A DNA stretch of 32,000 bases from Vibrio cholerae ATCC 14035 (GTDB lineage: Bacteria > Pseudomonadota > Gammaproteobacteria > Enterobacterales > Vibrionaceae): assembly GCF_000621645.1 (NCBI RefSeq), contig NZ_JHXR01000002.1:60001-92000 (forward strand), written 5' to 3'. Both the position numbers and the translations under genes were made by a program. Below the pieces are notes generated by a model, which searched no databases, had not been told where the DNA came from, and saw only the letters and a program-made list of their open reading frames with translations. Shown piece after piece: positions 16,447 through 28,872 of the stretch (positions are counted from its first letter, which is position 1; the number at the start of each line of letters is the position of its first letter).

Positions 16447-18837
16447 ATGAAACAGGTTATTAAGCTCTCCCTACTCTGCTCAGCACTCTGGTTAGCCGGT
16501 TGCGGTGATGAGACCAATAGTTCAGGTGCAAGCACTGAGGTGGTATACGAATCCTATATTCAACAAGCCTTGCAACGTGATACCACGATCAAATTTGCGT
16601 TAAGTGGCAAAGATGCCAATGTGCCTCTACCCTCCTTTGCCTTAATGAATGCTAAGGATGGCACGTTGGAAATTCCGCCAGGAAGCAATACTTCTGGCTC
16701 TAACCCATTGGTCGCGATGGGACAAGTGGATGGCTGGCCCATCACTATGCCGCTGTTCCTCGATTTTAAAGGTGCAGGTTTAGCCGATAACATCATCACA
16801 TCGGGTATTTATCTGTACGAGTTAACCGACTCGATGACCGGTTCACCGAGTATCAAAGCTTTATTAACCAATGGGGTGGATTACACCGCCGTATCCAGTG
16901 CTGCTTCCGATAAGATTCTCATCATGCCGACCAAAGCACTCAATGCCTCTTCGGAATACATTCTGGCGGTCACCTCAGAAGTCTCGGATGCCAACGGTAA
17001 TCCGGTGGGGACTTCTGCAAGCTATGCCGCACTAAAATCCAAAAACAAGATTTACAGCGAAGGAGATATTGCGACGCTACAAAAAGTCACTCAAGGGGTA
17101 GAAAAAATCTTCCAACTCAGCGGCGTCGATGAGACTCAAATCGTTTACTCGACGTGGTTTTCCACCCAATCGGTGAGCAATACTCTGTTTGCCACGCGCG
17201 GTGCGACCGCATCCGCTTTTGCCAGTGGCAGCAACCAATTAGAGACAGTGTGGAAACAAACAGGCCTTGGGCTCGATACGGCTTACACCATACAATTAGG
17301 TACACCCGTTGACTTCGCTGCCGCTCTGACAGCGGATGACAATTTCAGTACCTATGTTGGTGCAGACAAAAAAACCGCTATTTTAGGTACTTACACGGCC
17401 AATACCGTTGATGTAACCAAAGGCACAGTCCGTCTACCTTACTACCTTGAAACTGGCAGTAACTGGAATACTCAACCGTTTGAATCGGCGATGCCAAGCC
17501 TCGCCAAGATCAAAGCCGCACTGGCAGACAGTAAAGAGCAATTAACGATCGGCAGCCAACTGCTTGCCGCGGGGATTGATACCACCAAGCTCGCCACTGA
17601 TGCGAGTGAACAGCTCAAGCTGATGGGTTTGACATTGACCAAGTCCGATGGCACTGCATTGGACCCTGAACGCTACATCACTCGCTATTCACCCGTACCC
17701 AAAGTGAAATCGGTGCAAGATGTGCCATTTTTACTGTTTACTCCGGCAGGTGCTGCGCCAACTGATATTGTGATTTATCAACACGGTGTCACCACTGCCA
17801 AAGAAAATGCCTACGCTTTCGCGAAAAATCTTACAGCTGTGGGACTTGCTGTTATTGCCATTGACTTACCGCTGCACGGGGAACGTAGTTTAGACAGCAC
17901 GCGCTCGGCCAATAGTGATCCCCTTGCTTACATCAACCTCACCTACTTGGCCGTGGCTCGGGATAACTTACGCCAAAGCATTCTCGATGTATTGGGACTG
18001 CGAGCAGCGTTAACCCTGTCTCAGCCTCTTTTCACTGGTACCCGACTGTCTGGCATCAATGTAGGTACAGGCTCGAAAGTTCGTATGCTGGGACATTCAT
18101 TAGGGGGAATTGTCGGCACTTCTGCGATTGCGGAAAGCAACAAGACCTTAGGATCTACTGCTGCAGATGCTATGTACAGCTTCTCTGGCGCGGCGATTCA
18201 AAACTCAGGCGGGCAAATTTCTAACCTACTATTGGGATCAGCGTTTTTTGGTCCGAAGATCAAGCATAACGTTGCATTAAGCGCTAGCACAGAATACAAA
18301 GGGTTTGCTGATGCACAATGTGCCAGCTTAGATGATTCTGCTTGCTATAACTTGTTCACTTCCTTGGCAACCCAAGAGCAGCTGGCCCAAGTCACCTCAG
18401 GCTTCCAGATGTTCTCGTATGCGGCGCAGACCCTACTCGACACCATTGATCCTTACTCTATAGTGAGCACAAAGCTCAATAATGGTGGGCTGACCACACC
18501 ACTTTACTTCTCAGAAGTGGATGGTGATAGCGTGGTACCTAACAAGGTGAGTAATCCTACTGGCTCGCTGGTTTATCTCAGCCCTCAGTTTGCCGGCACA
18601 GAGCCGCTGGCTACCTTGCTTGGTTTAACCACAGTCAATGCAGGACAAACAGCGCCAAACGCAACCAAAAGCTTTGTTCAGTTCAACAGCACGGCGAAGC
18701 ACTCGACCTTTGTTGCACCGCAAGATGCGGGATATGCGGATCTTGCACATCATACGGAGATGCAAACTGAAACCGCTGATTTTCTTGCTGACGATAGCCT
18801 TGGCGCCGTATCTAATAGCAACTCTGTCTTGAAGTAA
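16447..18837 (+). CDS. volA: Surface lipoprotein lipase / lysophospholipase VolA
   Basis: 796-aa ORF starting 15 nt after fadL. It has a lipobox (LWLAGC-GDE) and the serine-lipase pentapeptide GHSLGG. The gene order fadL-volA and the protein size match the V. cholerae VolA locus (VCA0862-0863) as I recall it. Confidence 0.85.
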   Translation: MKQVIKLSLLCSALWLAGCGDETNSSGASTEVVYESYIQQALQRDTTIKFALSGKDANVPLPSFALMNAKDGTLEIPPGSNTSGSNPLVAMGQVDGWPITMPLFLDFKGAGLADNIITSGIYLYELTDSMTGSPSIKALLTNGVDYTAVSSAASDKILIMPTKALNASSEYILAVTSEVSDANGNPVGTSASYAALKSKNKIYSEGDIATLQKVTQGVEKIFQLSGVDETQIVYSTWFSTQSVSNTLFATRGATASAFASGSNQLETVWKQTGLGLDTAYTIQLGTPVDFAAALTADDNFSTYVGADKKTAILGTYTANTVDVTKGTVRLPYYLETGSNWNTQPFESAMPSLAKIKAALADSKEQLTIGSQLLAAGIDTTKLATDASEQLKLMGLTLTKSDGTALDPERYITRYSPVPKVKSVQDVPFLLFTPAGAAPTDIVIYQHGVTTAKENAYAFAKNLTAVGLAVIAIDLPLHGERSLDSTRSANSDPLAYINLTYLAVARDNLRQSILDVLGLRAALTLSQPLFTGTRLSGINVGTGSKVRMLGHSLGGIVGTSAIAESNKTLGSTAADAMYSFSGAAIQNSGGQISNLLLGSAFFGPKIKHNVALSASTEYKGFADAQCASLDDSACYNLFTSLATQEQLAQVTSGFQMFSYAAQTLLDTIDPYSIVSTKLNNGGLTTPLYFSEVDGDSVVPNKVSNPTGSLVYLSPQFAGTEPLATLLGLTTVNAGQTAPNATKSFVQFNSTAKHSTFVAPQDAGYADLAHHTEMQTETADFLADDSLGAVSNSNSVLK

Positions 18838-18872
18838 CTTTCATCCCTTCTTAGAGGTTTAAGGATAAAGCG

Positions 18873-18902
18873 AAAAGCGCACTCTCGAGTGCGCTTTTTT
18901 AT
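18873..18902 (+). terminator. Rho-independent terminator of fadL-volA
   Basis: The stem GCGCACT (18877-18883) pairs with AGTGCGC (18888-18894), flanked by AAAA on one side and TTTTTTAT on the other. Confidence 0.8.
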
Positions 18903-19314
18903 CCAGTGTAAAAAACACCTTCCGCATCGATTAAGTGTATCCAAATGTAAAAACCTTCCTGAAATGCATGAACCTTAACTAAGCTTACTATTAATAAAAA
19001 TATTCATAAATAAGACAAGATTCACGGTTATTATCTCATTGATTAGCGTTGGTTTACCTAACAACCGATATTCCGATTGTTTTGTACTTTAATCATTTAA
19101 ACCGACGTAAGTTGAAGTGTTGCTTAGAGGCGGGATCGTTTTGCCGTTTTGAATGGAGAGGCACTACGCTCAATAAGTCGAACTCACCATCTCAGCGATG
19201 CCTCACATTAAAGGGAATTGCCCTTTCAGCCATGAAAGATTGCTGCGTTGGGTGGTCCCAGTGACGAATTTGTTGGCTGCAAATAAGGGCGTATCAACTA
19301 TTAAAGGGTCACTT

Positions 19315-20595
19315 ATGTTTCTTTTTCAAAAACAAAAACCATCGACCAAACCTTCCCATCAGGACAATATTGTGCAGTCCCTATCCGAGCATATTGCTTC
19401 GATTGAATTTGATACCTCAGGTAATGTCATCTCTGCTAATCCACTTTTTCTCAATGCCGTTGGTTATCGGTTAGAGGAGCTTACCGGGAAACATCATCGT
19501 ATTTTTTGCTCTCCCGCAGAGTGTCAATCGCAACAATATCAGCAATTTTGGACCTCTCTTGCTCAAGGTAAGTCGCATTCTGGTACTTTTATGCGCTACA
19601 AAAAAGATGGTTCACTTTTAGTCTTAGAAGCGACCTATTTCCCCATCAAAACCGATGGGAAAGTGAGTAGTGTGATGAAAATTGCCAGTGATGTTACGGA
19701 ACAATATCTCCACGCTGAGTCACAACGAGATCTTTTGACGGCACTGAACCAAAATTTTGCAGTGATCGAATTTGAACCTGATGGCACGATTATTTCTGCA
19801 AACAGTGCATTTCTCAAAACAATGGGCTATTCACTCGACCAAATAAAAGGCAAACACCATCGCCTGTTCTGCTTTGATGAGTTCTATCAGCAACATCCAA
19901 CCTTTTGGAAAAGCTTGGCGGCAGGGCAAGCTTATTCTGGTCGGTTCTTACGCAAAAATAGTTATGGTAGTCAGGTATGGATCCAAGCCTCCTACAGTCC
20001 GGTCAAAGATCAAAACAATAAGGTATATAAAATTGTCAAGTTCGCCTCAGACATCACTGCAGAGGTATTACGTGAACAGCAAGTAACAGACGCTGCCAAT
20101 ATCGCCTATAGCACCTCAGTAGAAACCTCGCAAGTAGCACAAGGCGGGAACCATGTACTGCAAGATTCAGTTCGTTTAGCAGAAAAAATGGTGGGCAATA
20201 TCGAACAATCACTACAACAGATTGAGCAGCTCGTGGTTCTCTCGAAAGATGTCTCTGAAATTGTCAAAACCATCAGTGGTATCGCTGACCAAACCAACTT
20301 GCTCGCATTAAATGCAGCGATAGAAGCGGCGCGAGCGGGTGAGCAAGGACGCGGTTTTGCGGTGGTTGCCGATGAAGTGCGTCAACTGGCTTCTCGCACC
20401 TCAAAAGCCACAGAAGAGATCAATCAAGTGGTGAATAAAAACCTCTCCTTAACTGAAGCGGTAACCAGCTCTATTTCTCAAGTCTCTCAGATTGCCAATG
20501 AAACCAATGGCCGCATTGTGGAAGTGTCAACCATCATGGAACAGATTTACCAAGGTGCAGAAAATGTTTCTTCGGCGGTCAGCCAACTCAAATAG
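19315..20595 (+). CDS. Soluble methyl-accepting chemotaxis protein with two PAS domains and a short signalling domain
   Basis: There are two PAS-like units ([35 protein letters not shown] and [35 protein letters not shown]). The MCP hairpin tip is [36 protein letters not shown] see no hydrophobic TM segment. I prefer the start at ATG 19315 (AAGGG 6 nt upstream) over the ORF-track start at 19198, which has no SD, so the start remains uncertain. Confidence 0.85.
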   Translation: MFLFQKQKPSTKPSHQDNIVQSLSEHIASIEFDTSGNVISANPLFLNAVGYRLEELTGKHHRIFCSPAECQSQQYQQFWTSLAQGKSHSGTFMRYKKDGSLLVLEATYFPIKTDGKVSSVMKIASDVTEQYLHAESQRDLLTALNQNFAVIEFEPDGTIISANSAFLKTMGYSLDQIKGKHHRLFCFDEFYQQHPTFWKSLAAGQAYSGRFLRKNSYGSQVWIQASYSPVKDQNNKVYKIVKFASDITAEVLREQQVTDAANIAYSTSVETSQVAQGGNHVLQDSVRLAEKMVGNIEQSLQQIEQLVVLSKDVSEIVKTISGIADQTNLLALNAAIEAARAGEQGRGFAVVADEVRQLASRTSKATEEINQVVNKNLSLTEAVTSSISQVSQIANETNGRIVEVSTIMEQIYQGAENVSSAVSQLK

Positions 20596-20627
20596 TTGAT
20601 ACATCCTAGAAACTGCCCTTCAAAAAC

Positions 20628-20655
20628 AACGCCCTCAGACTTTGCTGAGGGCGTT
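20628..20655. terminator. Hairpin terminator shared by the convergent MCP gene and hapA
   Basis: The 11-bp stem AACGCCCTCAG (20628-20638) pairs with CTGAGGGCGTT (20645-20655) around a 6-nt loop. An A-rich run (CAAAAAC) lies on its left side, giving a T-run for the minus-strand hapA transcript. The right flank is weaker. Confidence 0.7.
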
Positions 20656-20675
20656 GCAGGTAGGTGGCAAGGAAG

Positions 20676-22508
<1,833 letters not shown>

Positions 22509-22885
22509 TCAATCCTAGAGATGTTGAATGTATTAAGCGTTGAACCGCTCCCATCAACGCCGATTGCACGCGAAATACCGCGTTCAATCAAAGTGGTACA
22601 AGTCAATGAAAAACACCAAATTCGAGTTAAAAAAATGTTAACAAGCAGTGTGAACTCTACGTGTCACAAACTACTCAGTAAGCAGAAATACTCGATACGA
22701 AAGCCAGAAATAAAGAAAAGAAAATCATAAAGATAAAATCTTACTGATAGGTTTGCGCCTTTAAAATTTGACACCTATTTATCAGTATCAACAGGGGATT
22801 GACGTACGTCTCAGGCTCTGAATAGAGATTACGTTAGAAAACAATCACTACCGCTAAAAATGATGAAATCGAGGCCACAAAAAAA

Positions 22886-22910
22886 TAAAGCCGCGATTTC
22901 GCGGCTTTAT
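22886..22910 (-). terminator. Rho-independent terminator of ompW
   Basis: The stem AAAGCCGCG (22887-22895) pairs with CGCGGCTTT (22900-22908) around a 4-nt loop. On the minus strand it is followed by a T-run (the complement of CCACAAAAAAA). It lies 16 nt after the ompW stop. Confidence 0.8.
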
Positions 22911-22925
22911 TTTCGAAATAGGGCG

Positions 22926-23579
22926 TTAGAACTTATAACCACCCGCGATCATAAATACCCAAGGATTGATTTCAACATCCGTGGATTTGGCATCTGCACC
23001 TGCTTTGTAGGTTGCCGTTGTTTCAATATTGGCATACCACACAGAAGCGTTGAGGAACCAGCTATCATTGAGCATATAATCAAAGCCAACGTTAGCAGCA
23101 AGTCCCCATGAGTCGTCCAGTTTTAAATCACTCAATGCATTATTAGTACCCGTACTATTAAAGCTTTCATCAAAGAAAGTGGTGTAATTCAAACCCGCAC
23201 CAACATATGGACGGAAAGTCGAATTAGCTTCACCAAAGTAGTATTGGACCATAAAGGTAGGTGGCAAATGTTTTGTTTCACCAATATCACCAAGGCTACC
23301 TAACTCACCACCAGAGGTAGAAATCTTATGTGAAAATGGCGTAGCAGCGAGGACTTCAAAACTGATGTTGTCAGTAAACATATAGCCAAGCGTTAACCCT
23401 AACTGGGTATTGCTATTAACTGCCAACTCACTTTGAGTGTTTAACACTTTATCGCTACTGTCATTAGGTACTACCGAGGCAATACCCGCGCGCACAATAA
23501 AGTCACCTTCTTGGTGAGCAAATACAGGAGCGGAGCTTAGGGCTGCAAGTACGGCTAGGCCGCAAATGGTTTGTTTCAT
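22926..23579 (-). CDS. ompW: Outer membrane protein W
   Basis: 217-aa ORF with a signal peptide (MKQTICGLAVLAALSSAPVFA-HQEGDF) and an 8-strand barrel pattern, ending in GGYKF. I recognise it as V. cholerae OmpW. Confidence 0.95.
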   Translation of the reverse strand: MKQTICGLAVLAALSSAPVFAHQEGDFIVRAGIASVVPNDSSDKVLNTQSELAVNSNTQLGLTLGYMFTDNISFEVLAATPFSHKISTSGGELGSLGDIGETKHLPPTFMVQYYFGEANSTFRPYVGAGLNYTTFFDESFNSTGTNNALSDLKLDDSWGLAANVGFDYMLNDSWFLNASVWYANIETTATYKAGADAKSTDVEINPWVFMIAGGYKF

Positions 23580-23628
23580 GACGTTTTCCTTTTTTGTAGG
23601 GCTATGTTGTTATCTTTGTGTTGCGCGC

Positions 23629-23669
23629 ACAGTAGCACACAAAAATCACACAAACTTGATGGAAATCAA
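23629..23669 (-). promoter_or_regulatory. Candidate class II FNR-dependent ompW promoter: perfect FNR box plus extended -10
   Basis: TTGATGGAAATCAA at 23656-23669 is TTGAT-N4-ATCAA, a perfect match to the FNR consensus. Twenty-one nt downstream on the minus strand lies TGcTACTGT (-10 hexamer at 23629-23634). That places the box centre near -41.5 and the TSS about 40-45 nt before the ATG at 23579. Confidence 0.55.
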
Positions 23670-23768
23670 TTTGCATCATTTAGGCACATTAATAATGTGT
23701 TTTTGCAACTTGCATCACTTTTTGCAAACATCCTTAACATTCTTCTAGTGCGAGCATGACGTGCCATC

Positions 23769-24002
23769 ATGGCATCAAATATGCAAAAGATTCGTTGTTC
23801 CCCAATCGAGGATGACGATATGGACACACTCTACAAAATCGAGTCATACAGTGATGAAGCCGTTAATACCATTGCCGAGTTCATTCGATCCAAAGGCGGC
23901 AGATGTTGCGTCGCCGGTTACGCCGTCATCACCAATCACCCGTTTCGAGAAAGTGAAGCGTGGCGTTTACTGCCGCTGGTCGGAAAAGTCACGGACAGTT
24001 GA
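23769..24002 (+). CDS. Small hypothetical ORF (77 aa), possibly a truncated GNAT-like remnant. Weak call.
   Basis: This ATG ORF has no SD and is overlapped by a 92-aa ORF in another frame (23761-24039). The segments IRCSPIEDDDMDTLYKIE...GGRCCVAGYAVI loosely resemble the first half of a GNAT acetyltransferase, but the ORF stops where motif A would begin. Confidence 0.25.
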   Translation: MASNMQKIRCSPIEDDDMDTLYKIESYSDEAVNTIAEFIRSKGGRCCVAGYAVITNHPFRESEAWRLLPLVGKVTDS

Positions 24003-24532
24003 AGTGATTGGGATATCACCCAATTTGAAGAGTTGGTGAGCGAAGTCACCCATTAATAGTGACCGTAGTTAAGTAGAGGGTTGATACGTTGCATATGGCA
24101 TCGCACTTGTAGGCATGCCTCACGGTAGGGATTGAAATGAATGAGCGCAACAAACTGTGCTTTCGTACTCAAACTTTATCATTAGGTGCGACTCGCTTCA
24201 GATGGACACCTTTTCTAAGTATTGAAATTCACATAAGCTCAGCACGCCAGACCGTATACCAAAATCTAGATTTTTCCAGTAGTTGAGTGCCAAAAAAGGA
24301 TAAATATATTTTCAATGGCGCTTCTATTGCTCCGAAACTAAGCCTCTTATACTTACTTTGTCAGTGATACCCAAACGACTCGATGTCCAGGTAACCACTC
24401 AAAAGTAAGCCACCAGCAGCATAGTGTAATCGTGCCGCGGGCATTCGTAAGCGCGGTTTAATGCTGTGGTTTCGAGTAGATTGGGTACAAATGACAAACC
24501 TTTGACTTAATTAACCGTTCAGTGAATTCAAA

Positions 24533-25483
24533 ATGAAGATCTTCTCTCGCCTTGGTCATGTTCTTCTGATATGCAGCAGTTTAATCATTGCCATACCAGC
24601 GCATTCCGCCGATTCCTCAACTACGACCAAAGCTGGCGTAAAAAAAACCGTTAAGAAGCAAGAACTCTCTGCCAATAGTGCATTGGTGATCGATCTTAAA
24701 ACCAATGAGATTATTTATTCCAATAATCCTGATGCGGTAAAACCCATCGCTTCAGTCACGAAATTAATGACAGCCATCGTGACTTTAGATGCCAAGCTGC
24801 CCATGGATGCCAAACTGCCCATCACCATCAAAGACGCGAAAGAGATGAAAGGCGTGCACTCTCGAGTAAAGATCGGCAGTGAAATCAGTCGAAAAGATAT
24901 GCTATTGCTGACATTAATGTCATCTGAAAACCGCGCCGCGGCAAGCCTTGCCCACCACTATCCGGGCGGCTATAAAGCGTTCATTAAAGCCATGAACGCC
25001 AAAGCGAAAGCATTAGGTATGAAAAATACGCGCTTTGTCGAGCCAACCGGGCTCTCAGCGAAAAATGTCTCAACGGCTCGCGACTTGGTGGTATTACTGA
25101 AAGCCAGTAAAAAATACCCTTTGTTGGGTAAATTGAGCGCCACCGACAAGAAAACCGTCACCTTTTCTAAACCTCGATACACGCTCGATTTCCGTAACAC
25201 GAACCGATTGGTGCACAACGACAATTGGAAAATTGACCTCACAAAAACCGGATTCACCAATGCCGCAGGACATTGTCTTGTCATGCGCACACAGATGGGT
25301 AGACGCCAAGTTGCCTTCGTCGTACTGGATACTAAAGGCAAACTTTCACCCGTCGGTGATGCCAATCGTCTACGTACTTGGATAGAAACCGGCAAGGTCA
25401 CGCCTCTTTCATCGGAAGCCAAGCAATATAAAAAGCAACGCAGCCAAGAGCAAATCGCTAAAATCAGTGATTACAAAAGCTGA
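24533..25483 (+). CDS. pbpG: D-alanyl-D-alanine endopeptidase (PBP7, peptidase S11)
   Basis: 316-aa ORF with a signal peptide and the active-site triad motifs SVTKLMT (SxxK), SSEN (SxN) and KTGFT (KTG). Long stretches are identical to E. coli PbpG as I recall it ([60 protein letters not shown]). Confidence 0.92.
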   Translation: MKIFSRLGHVLLICSSLIIAIPAHSADSSTTTKAGVKKTVKKQELSANSALVIDLKTNEIIYSNNPDAVKPIASVTKLMTAIVTLDAKLPMDAKLPITIKDAKEMKGVHSRVKIGSEISRKDMLLLTLMSSENRAAASLAHHYPGGYKAFIKAMNAKAKALGMKNTRFVEPTGLSAKNVSTARDLVVLLKASKKYPLLGKLSATDKKTVTFSKPRYTLDFRNTNRLVHNDNWKIDLTKTGFTNAAGHCLVMRTQMGRRQVAFVVLDTKGKLSPVGDANRLRTWIETGKVTPLSSEAKQYKKQRSQEQIAKISDYKS

Positions 25484-25720
25484 CGATCCAATCTCACTCT
25501 GAGCGCTATGCCCTTTGCCTCTCTTACGACGTAAGAAGGCAAAAGGCGGTATTGGAATCCATCTCAATCTCGGCGCACAGGCTTTTTGCGATGAGAATAA
25601 ACTCGCCTCACCAATCTCACCCTAGTCTCAACGAACAAGCAAAGATATAGTTCGCTCTGCGTCGCCACAGTCAGTAGGATGGATAAGCGGTGGGGCAAAT
25701 GAGAGCAAACAGGTTTTTTG

Positions 25721-27139
25721 ATGAAGAAATCGCAAGTACTGGCCAACACAATTAAAAGTCAAATCGAGCAGAATATCTGGCTTAGTGGAGAAAAAATCCC
25801 ATCGATTCGATCCACCTGCAAACGATACAAGCTGAGTATTGAAACTGTGCTCCAAGCCTATCAACAGTTGGAAGATCAAGGCTATATTCGCGCCAAAGCG
25901 AAATCAGGCTATGTCGTGTTACCGCGAAGAAATACTCTATTTGCCGGCAATCTCAGTGCAAAAGTGATTAAACCCTATCCAGTAAAAATCAGCGATTTAC
26001 TATACGACGTCCTACAAAGAGCAAAAGACCCCGAGATCATTCCATTTAGTTCAGCATTCCCTGACCCTGCGTTATTTCCACACCAAGCGTTATCACGCAG
26101 TTTAGCGAATGCTAGCCGTCAAATGTTGGGAAGCTGCATGCTGACTAATTTACCTCCTGGCAGCCAAACGCTAAGACGGCAAATCGCTCAGCGCTATCAA
26201 AAAAGTGGTTTAAATGTATTACCCGATGACATCGTCATTACTTCAGGGGCAATGGAAGCGTTGAACTTATGCTTACAATCTTGCACAAAACCGGGGGATT
26301 TAGTCGCCATCGAATACCCCGCTTTTTATGGTGTTTTGCAAGCGATTGAACGGCTCAATCTTACGGCGGTTGAGATCCCAACCGATCCTAGAGATGGCAT
26401 TGATCTCGATGTGTTAGCCTCTGTATTTTCTTCTATGGATATTAAAGCATGCTGGTTTATGACCGAGTCACAGAATCCGCTCGGCTATTCTATGAGTGAA
26501 ACAAACAAGCAGCGTTTGGCAGAGTTAGTCAATCACTATCAAATTCCAATGATTGAAGATGATGTTTATCGTGAGCTTGGTATAGGTAACCCAAGCTCAC
26601 TGCCAGCAAAAGCTTACGATAAAGTAGGCAATATCCTGCTATGCGGTTCATTTTCGAAATCTCTATCGCCCGGTTTTCGTATCGGTTGGGTCGTTGCGGG
26701 AGAACGCGCCTTAAACATCCAACGCTTACAGCATTTGTCCACTCTTTCTAGCAGCATCCCGATCCAGCTCGGCCTATCTCATTACCTCACTTTTTATAAC
26801 TTTGATCACCACTTAAAAAAACTGCGTAAATTGCTGAACGAGCGTAAAAAAGCACATGCTGAATTACTGCGAACCTACTTGCCACATAACACTAAAATCC
26901 ATCTCAATAACGGGGGCTATTTTATCTGGGTCGAACTGCCCCAAACCATTTACGCAGAAACTCTGTACGAACAGGCACTTGAACACAATATAGCAATTGC
27001 TCCGGGGATCTTGTTCAGCAGCGATAAACGCTTTTCCCATCATATCCGTCTCAACTGTTCTTATGCATGTGATGAACGAATCGAGCAAGCCATTCAAACT
27101 CTAGGTCAGCTTATTCACACCATGGAAATCAATAGGTAA
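25721..27139 (+). CDS. MocR/GabR-type transcriptional regulator (GntR wHTH fused to a fold-type I aminotransferase-like domain)
   Basis: The N-terminus is a GntR wHTH (LSGEKIPSIRSTCKRYKLSIETVLQAYQQLEDQGYIRAKAKSGYVV). It is followed by an aminotransferase-like domain of about 370 aa with the PLP-lysine context CGSFSKSLSPGFRIGW. The ORF track starts at TTG 25718, and I prefer the adjacent ATG at 25721. Confidence 0.88.
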   Translation: MKKSQVLANTIKSQIEQNIWLSGEKIPSIRSTCKRYKLSIETVLQAYQQLEDQGYIRAKAKSGYVVLPRRNTLFAGNLSAKVIKPYPVKISDLLYDVLQRAKDPEIIPFSSAFPDPALFPHQALSRSLANASRQMLGSCMLTNLPPGSQTLRRQIAQRYQKSGLNVLPDDIVITSGAMEALNLCLQSCTKPGDLVAIEYPAFYGVLQAIERLNLTAVEIPTDPRDGIDLDVLASVFSSMDIKACWFMTESQNPLGYSMSETNKQRLAELVNHYQIPMIEDDVYRELGIGNPSSLPAKAYDKVGNILLCGSFSKSLSPGFRIGWVVAGERALNIQRLQHLSTLSSSIPIQLGLSHYLTFYNFDHHLKKLRKLLNERKKAHAELLRTYLPHNTKIHLNNGGYFIWVELPQTIYAETLYEQALEHNIAIAPGILFSSDKRFSHHIRLNCSYACDERIEQAIQTLGQLIHTMEINR

Positions 27140-27279
27140 TCGCACAATGATCGTCGTGACCACCATCAATCTGTTCTATTTTTTAACTTTCGAACTGTTC
27201 TAGTTCTCACTTCAAAAGCTGTGCTGAAATGCCTTCCAATTCTTGATGTAAAGCCATCTTACGATGGTTGGGAGCTTTC

Positions 27280-28860
27280 ATGATTGATGTTGTTGAATTA
27301 TCGCGTTTGCAGTTCGCATTAACGGCCATGTTTCACTTTCTCTTCGTCCCTTTAACCATAGGGATGTCTTGCCTACTCGCTATCATGGAGTCGATTTATG
27401 TACTCACAGGGAAGCAGATTTACCAAGACATGACCCGCTTTTGGGGCAAGCTCTTTGGAATAAACTTTGCGTTAGGTGTGACGACGGGTTTAACCATGGA
27501 GTTTCAGTTTGGAACCAACTGGTCTTACTATTCACATTATGTTGGCGATATTTTTGGTGCTCCGTTAGCGATTGAGGCTCTCGTCGCCTTTTTTCTGGAG
27601 TCCACTTTTGTGGGCCTGTTCTTCTTTGGTTGGTCACGCTTGTCAAAACGCCAGCATTTGCTCATCACATGGCTAGTAGCCCTAGGATCTAGCTTTTCTG
27701 CCTTGTGGATCTTGGTTGCAAACGGTTGGATGCAAAATCCCGTCGGAGCAGAGTTCAACTATCAAACCATGCGTATGGAAATGACCAGCTTTGCCGAAGT
27801 GGTATTAAACCCGGTCGCGCAGGTGAAATTTCTCCATACTGTCGCATCCGCTTACACCTGTGGTGCAATGTTTATTCTCGGGGTGAGTTCTTATTACTTA
27901 TTGCAAGGCCGTGACATCGAGTTTGCGCGCCGTTCATTTGCCATCGCCGCCACTTTTGGTATGGCAGCCATTATCTCAGTGATCGTATTGGGGGATGAGT
28001 CGGGCTATAAACTTGGCGATGTCCAAAAAGTAAAGTTGGCCGCGATTGAGGCAGAATGGCACACCGAACCAGCCCCAGCAGCGTTCACTCTGTTCGGCTT
28101 ACCCAATCAGAAAGAAGGTAAAACCGATTATGCCATTAAAATTCCCTACCTCATGGGGTTAATCGCCACCCGTTCGTTTGATGAACAAGTAACAGGGCTC
28201 CACGATTTACGCCATGAACATCTACTACGCATTCGTAACGGAATGGTGGCTTATCAACTACTTGAACGGTTACAGGCTGGTGATGCATCCGTAGAAACAC
28301 AACGAAAATTTGAGCAAACGAAGCATGACCTCGGCTACGGGCTGTTACTCAAGCGTTATACCGATACCATCACAGATGCCAACGAGGCACAGATCCAGCA
28401 AGCAGCAGATGATTCCATGCCTACTGTGTGGCCACTGTTTTGGTCATTTCGCATCATGGTTGGCTGCGGCTTCATTATGCTGTTTGTATTTGGTGCCGCC
28501 TTGCTACAAACCTGCCGTCAACGCATCACTCATAAGCCTTGGGTACTCAAAGCTGCGCTCTGGTCAATTCCATTGCCATGGATTGCTATCGAGGCGGGTT
28601 GGTTTGTCGCCGAATATGGTCGTCAGCCTTGGGCAATCGGTGAAGTCCTTCCCGTCACGGTTGCCGTCTCATCCCAAACGTTCGAAAACTTAATCACTTC
28701 GCTCGCCATCATTCTAAGTCTTTATACCGTTTTTATTTTTGTGGAAAGCTATCTCATAGTCACCGTTGCTCGAAAAGGACCCAGTAGCTTAAAAACTGGT
28801 CGCTATCAGGACGAACAAAGCTTATACGAGCATAAGTTGGCACAACAAGTACAATATTAG
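27280..28860 (+). CDS. cydA: Cytochrome bd-type ubiquinol oxidase subunit I (paralogous bd oxidase)
   Basis: The start is set at the ATG at 27280 ([29 protein letters not shown], the canonical CydA N-terminus), with GGGAG upstream. The protein has multiple TM helices and the Q-loop region, and is 526 aa long. Confidence 0.92.
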   Translation: MIDVVELSRLQFALTAMFHFLFVPLTIGMSCLLAIMESIYVLTGKQIYQDMTRFWGKLFGINFALGVTTGLTMEFQFGTNWSYYSHYVGDIFGAPLAIEALVAFFLESTFVGLFFFGWSRLSKRQHLLITWLVALGSSFSALWILVANGWMQNPVGAEFNYQTMRMEMTSFAEVVLNPVAQVKFLHTVASAYTCGAMFILGVSSYYLLQGRDIEFARRSFAIAATFGMAAIISVIVLGDESGYKLGDVQKVKLAAIEAEWHTEPAPAAFTLFGLPNQKEGKTDYAIKIPYLMGLIATRSFDEQVTGLHDLRHEHLLRIRNGMVAYQLLERLQAGDASVETQRKFEQTKHDLGYGLLLKRYTDTITDANEAQIQQAADDSMPTVWPLFWSFRIMVGCGFIMLFVFGAALLQTCRQRITHKPWVLKAALWSIPLPWIAIEAGWFVAEYGRQPWAIGEVLPVTVAVSSQTFENLITSLAIILSLYTVFIFVESYLIVTVARKGPSSLKTGRYQDEQSLYEHKLAQQVQY

Positions 28861-28872
28861 GAGAGAGTATTC

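Noticed and set aside
24640-24647. A8 homopolymer inside pbpG (GTA AAA AAA ACC) as a possible slipped-strand phase-variation tract
   Set aside because: The run is short and lies in a Lys-rich linker typical of this protein. Nothing in this single sequence indicates frame variation.
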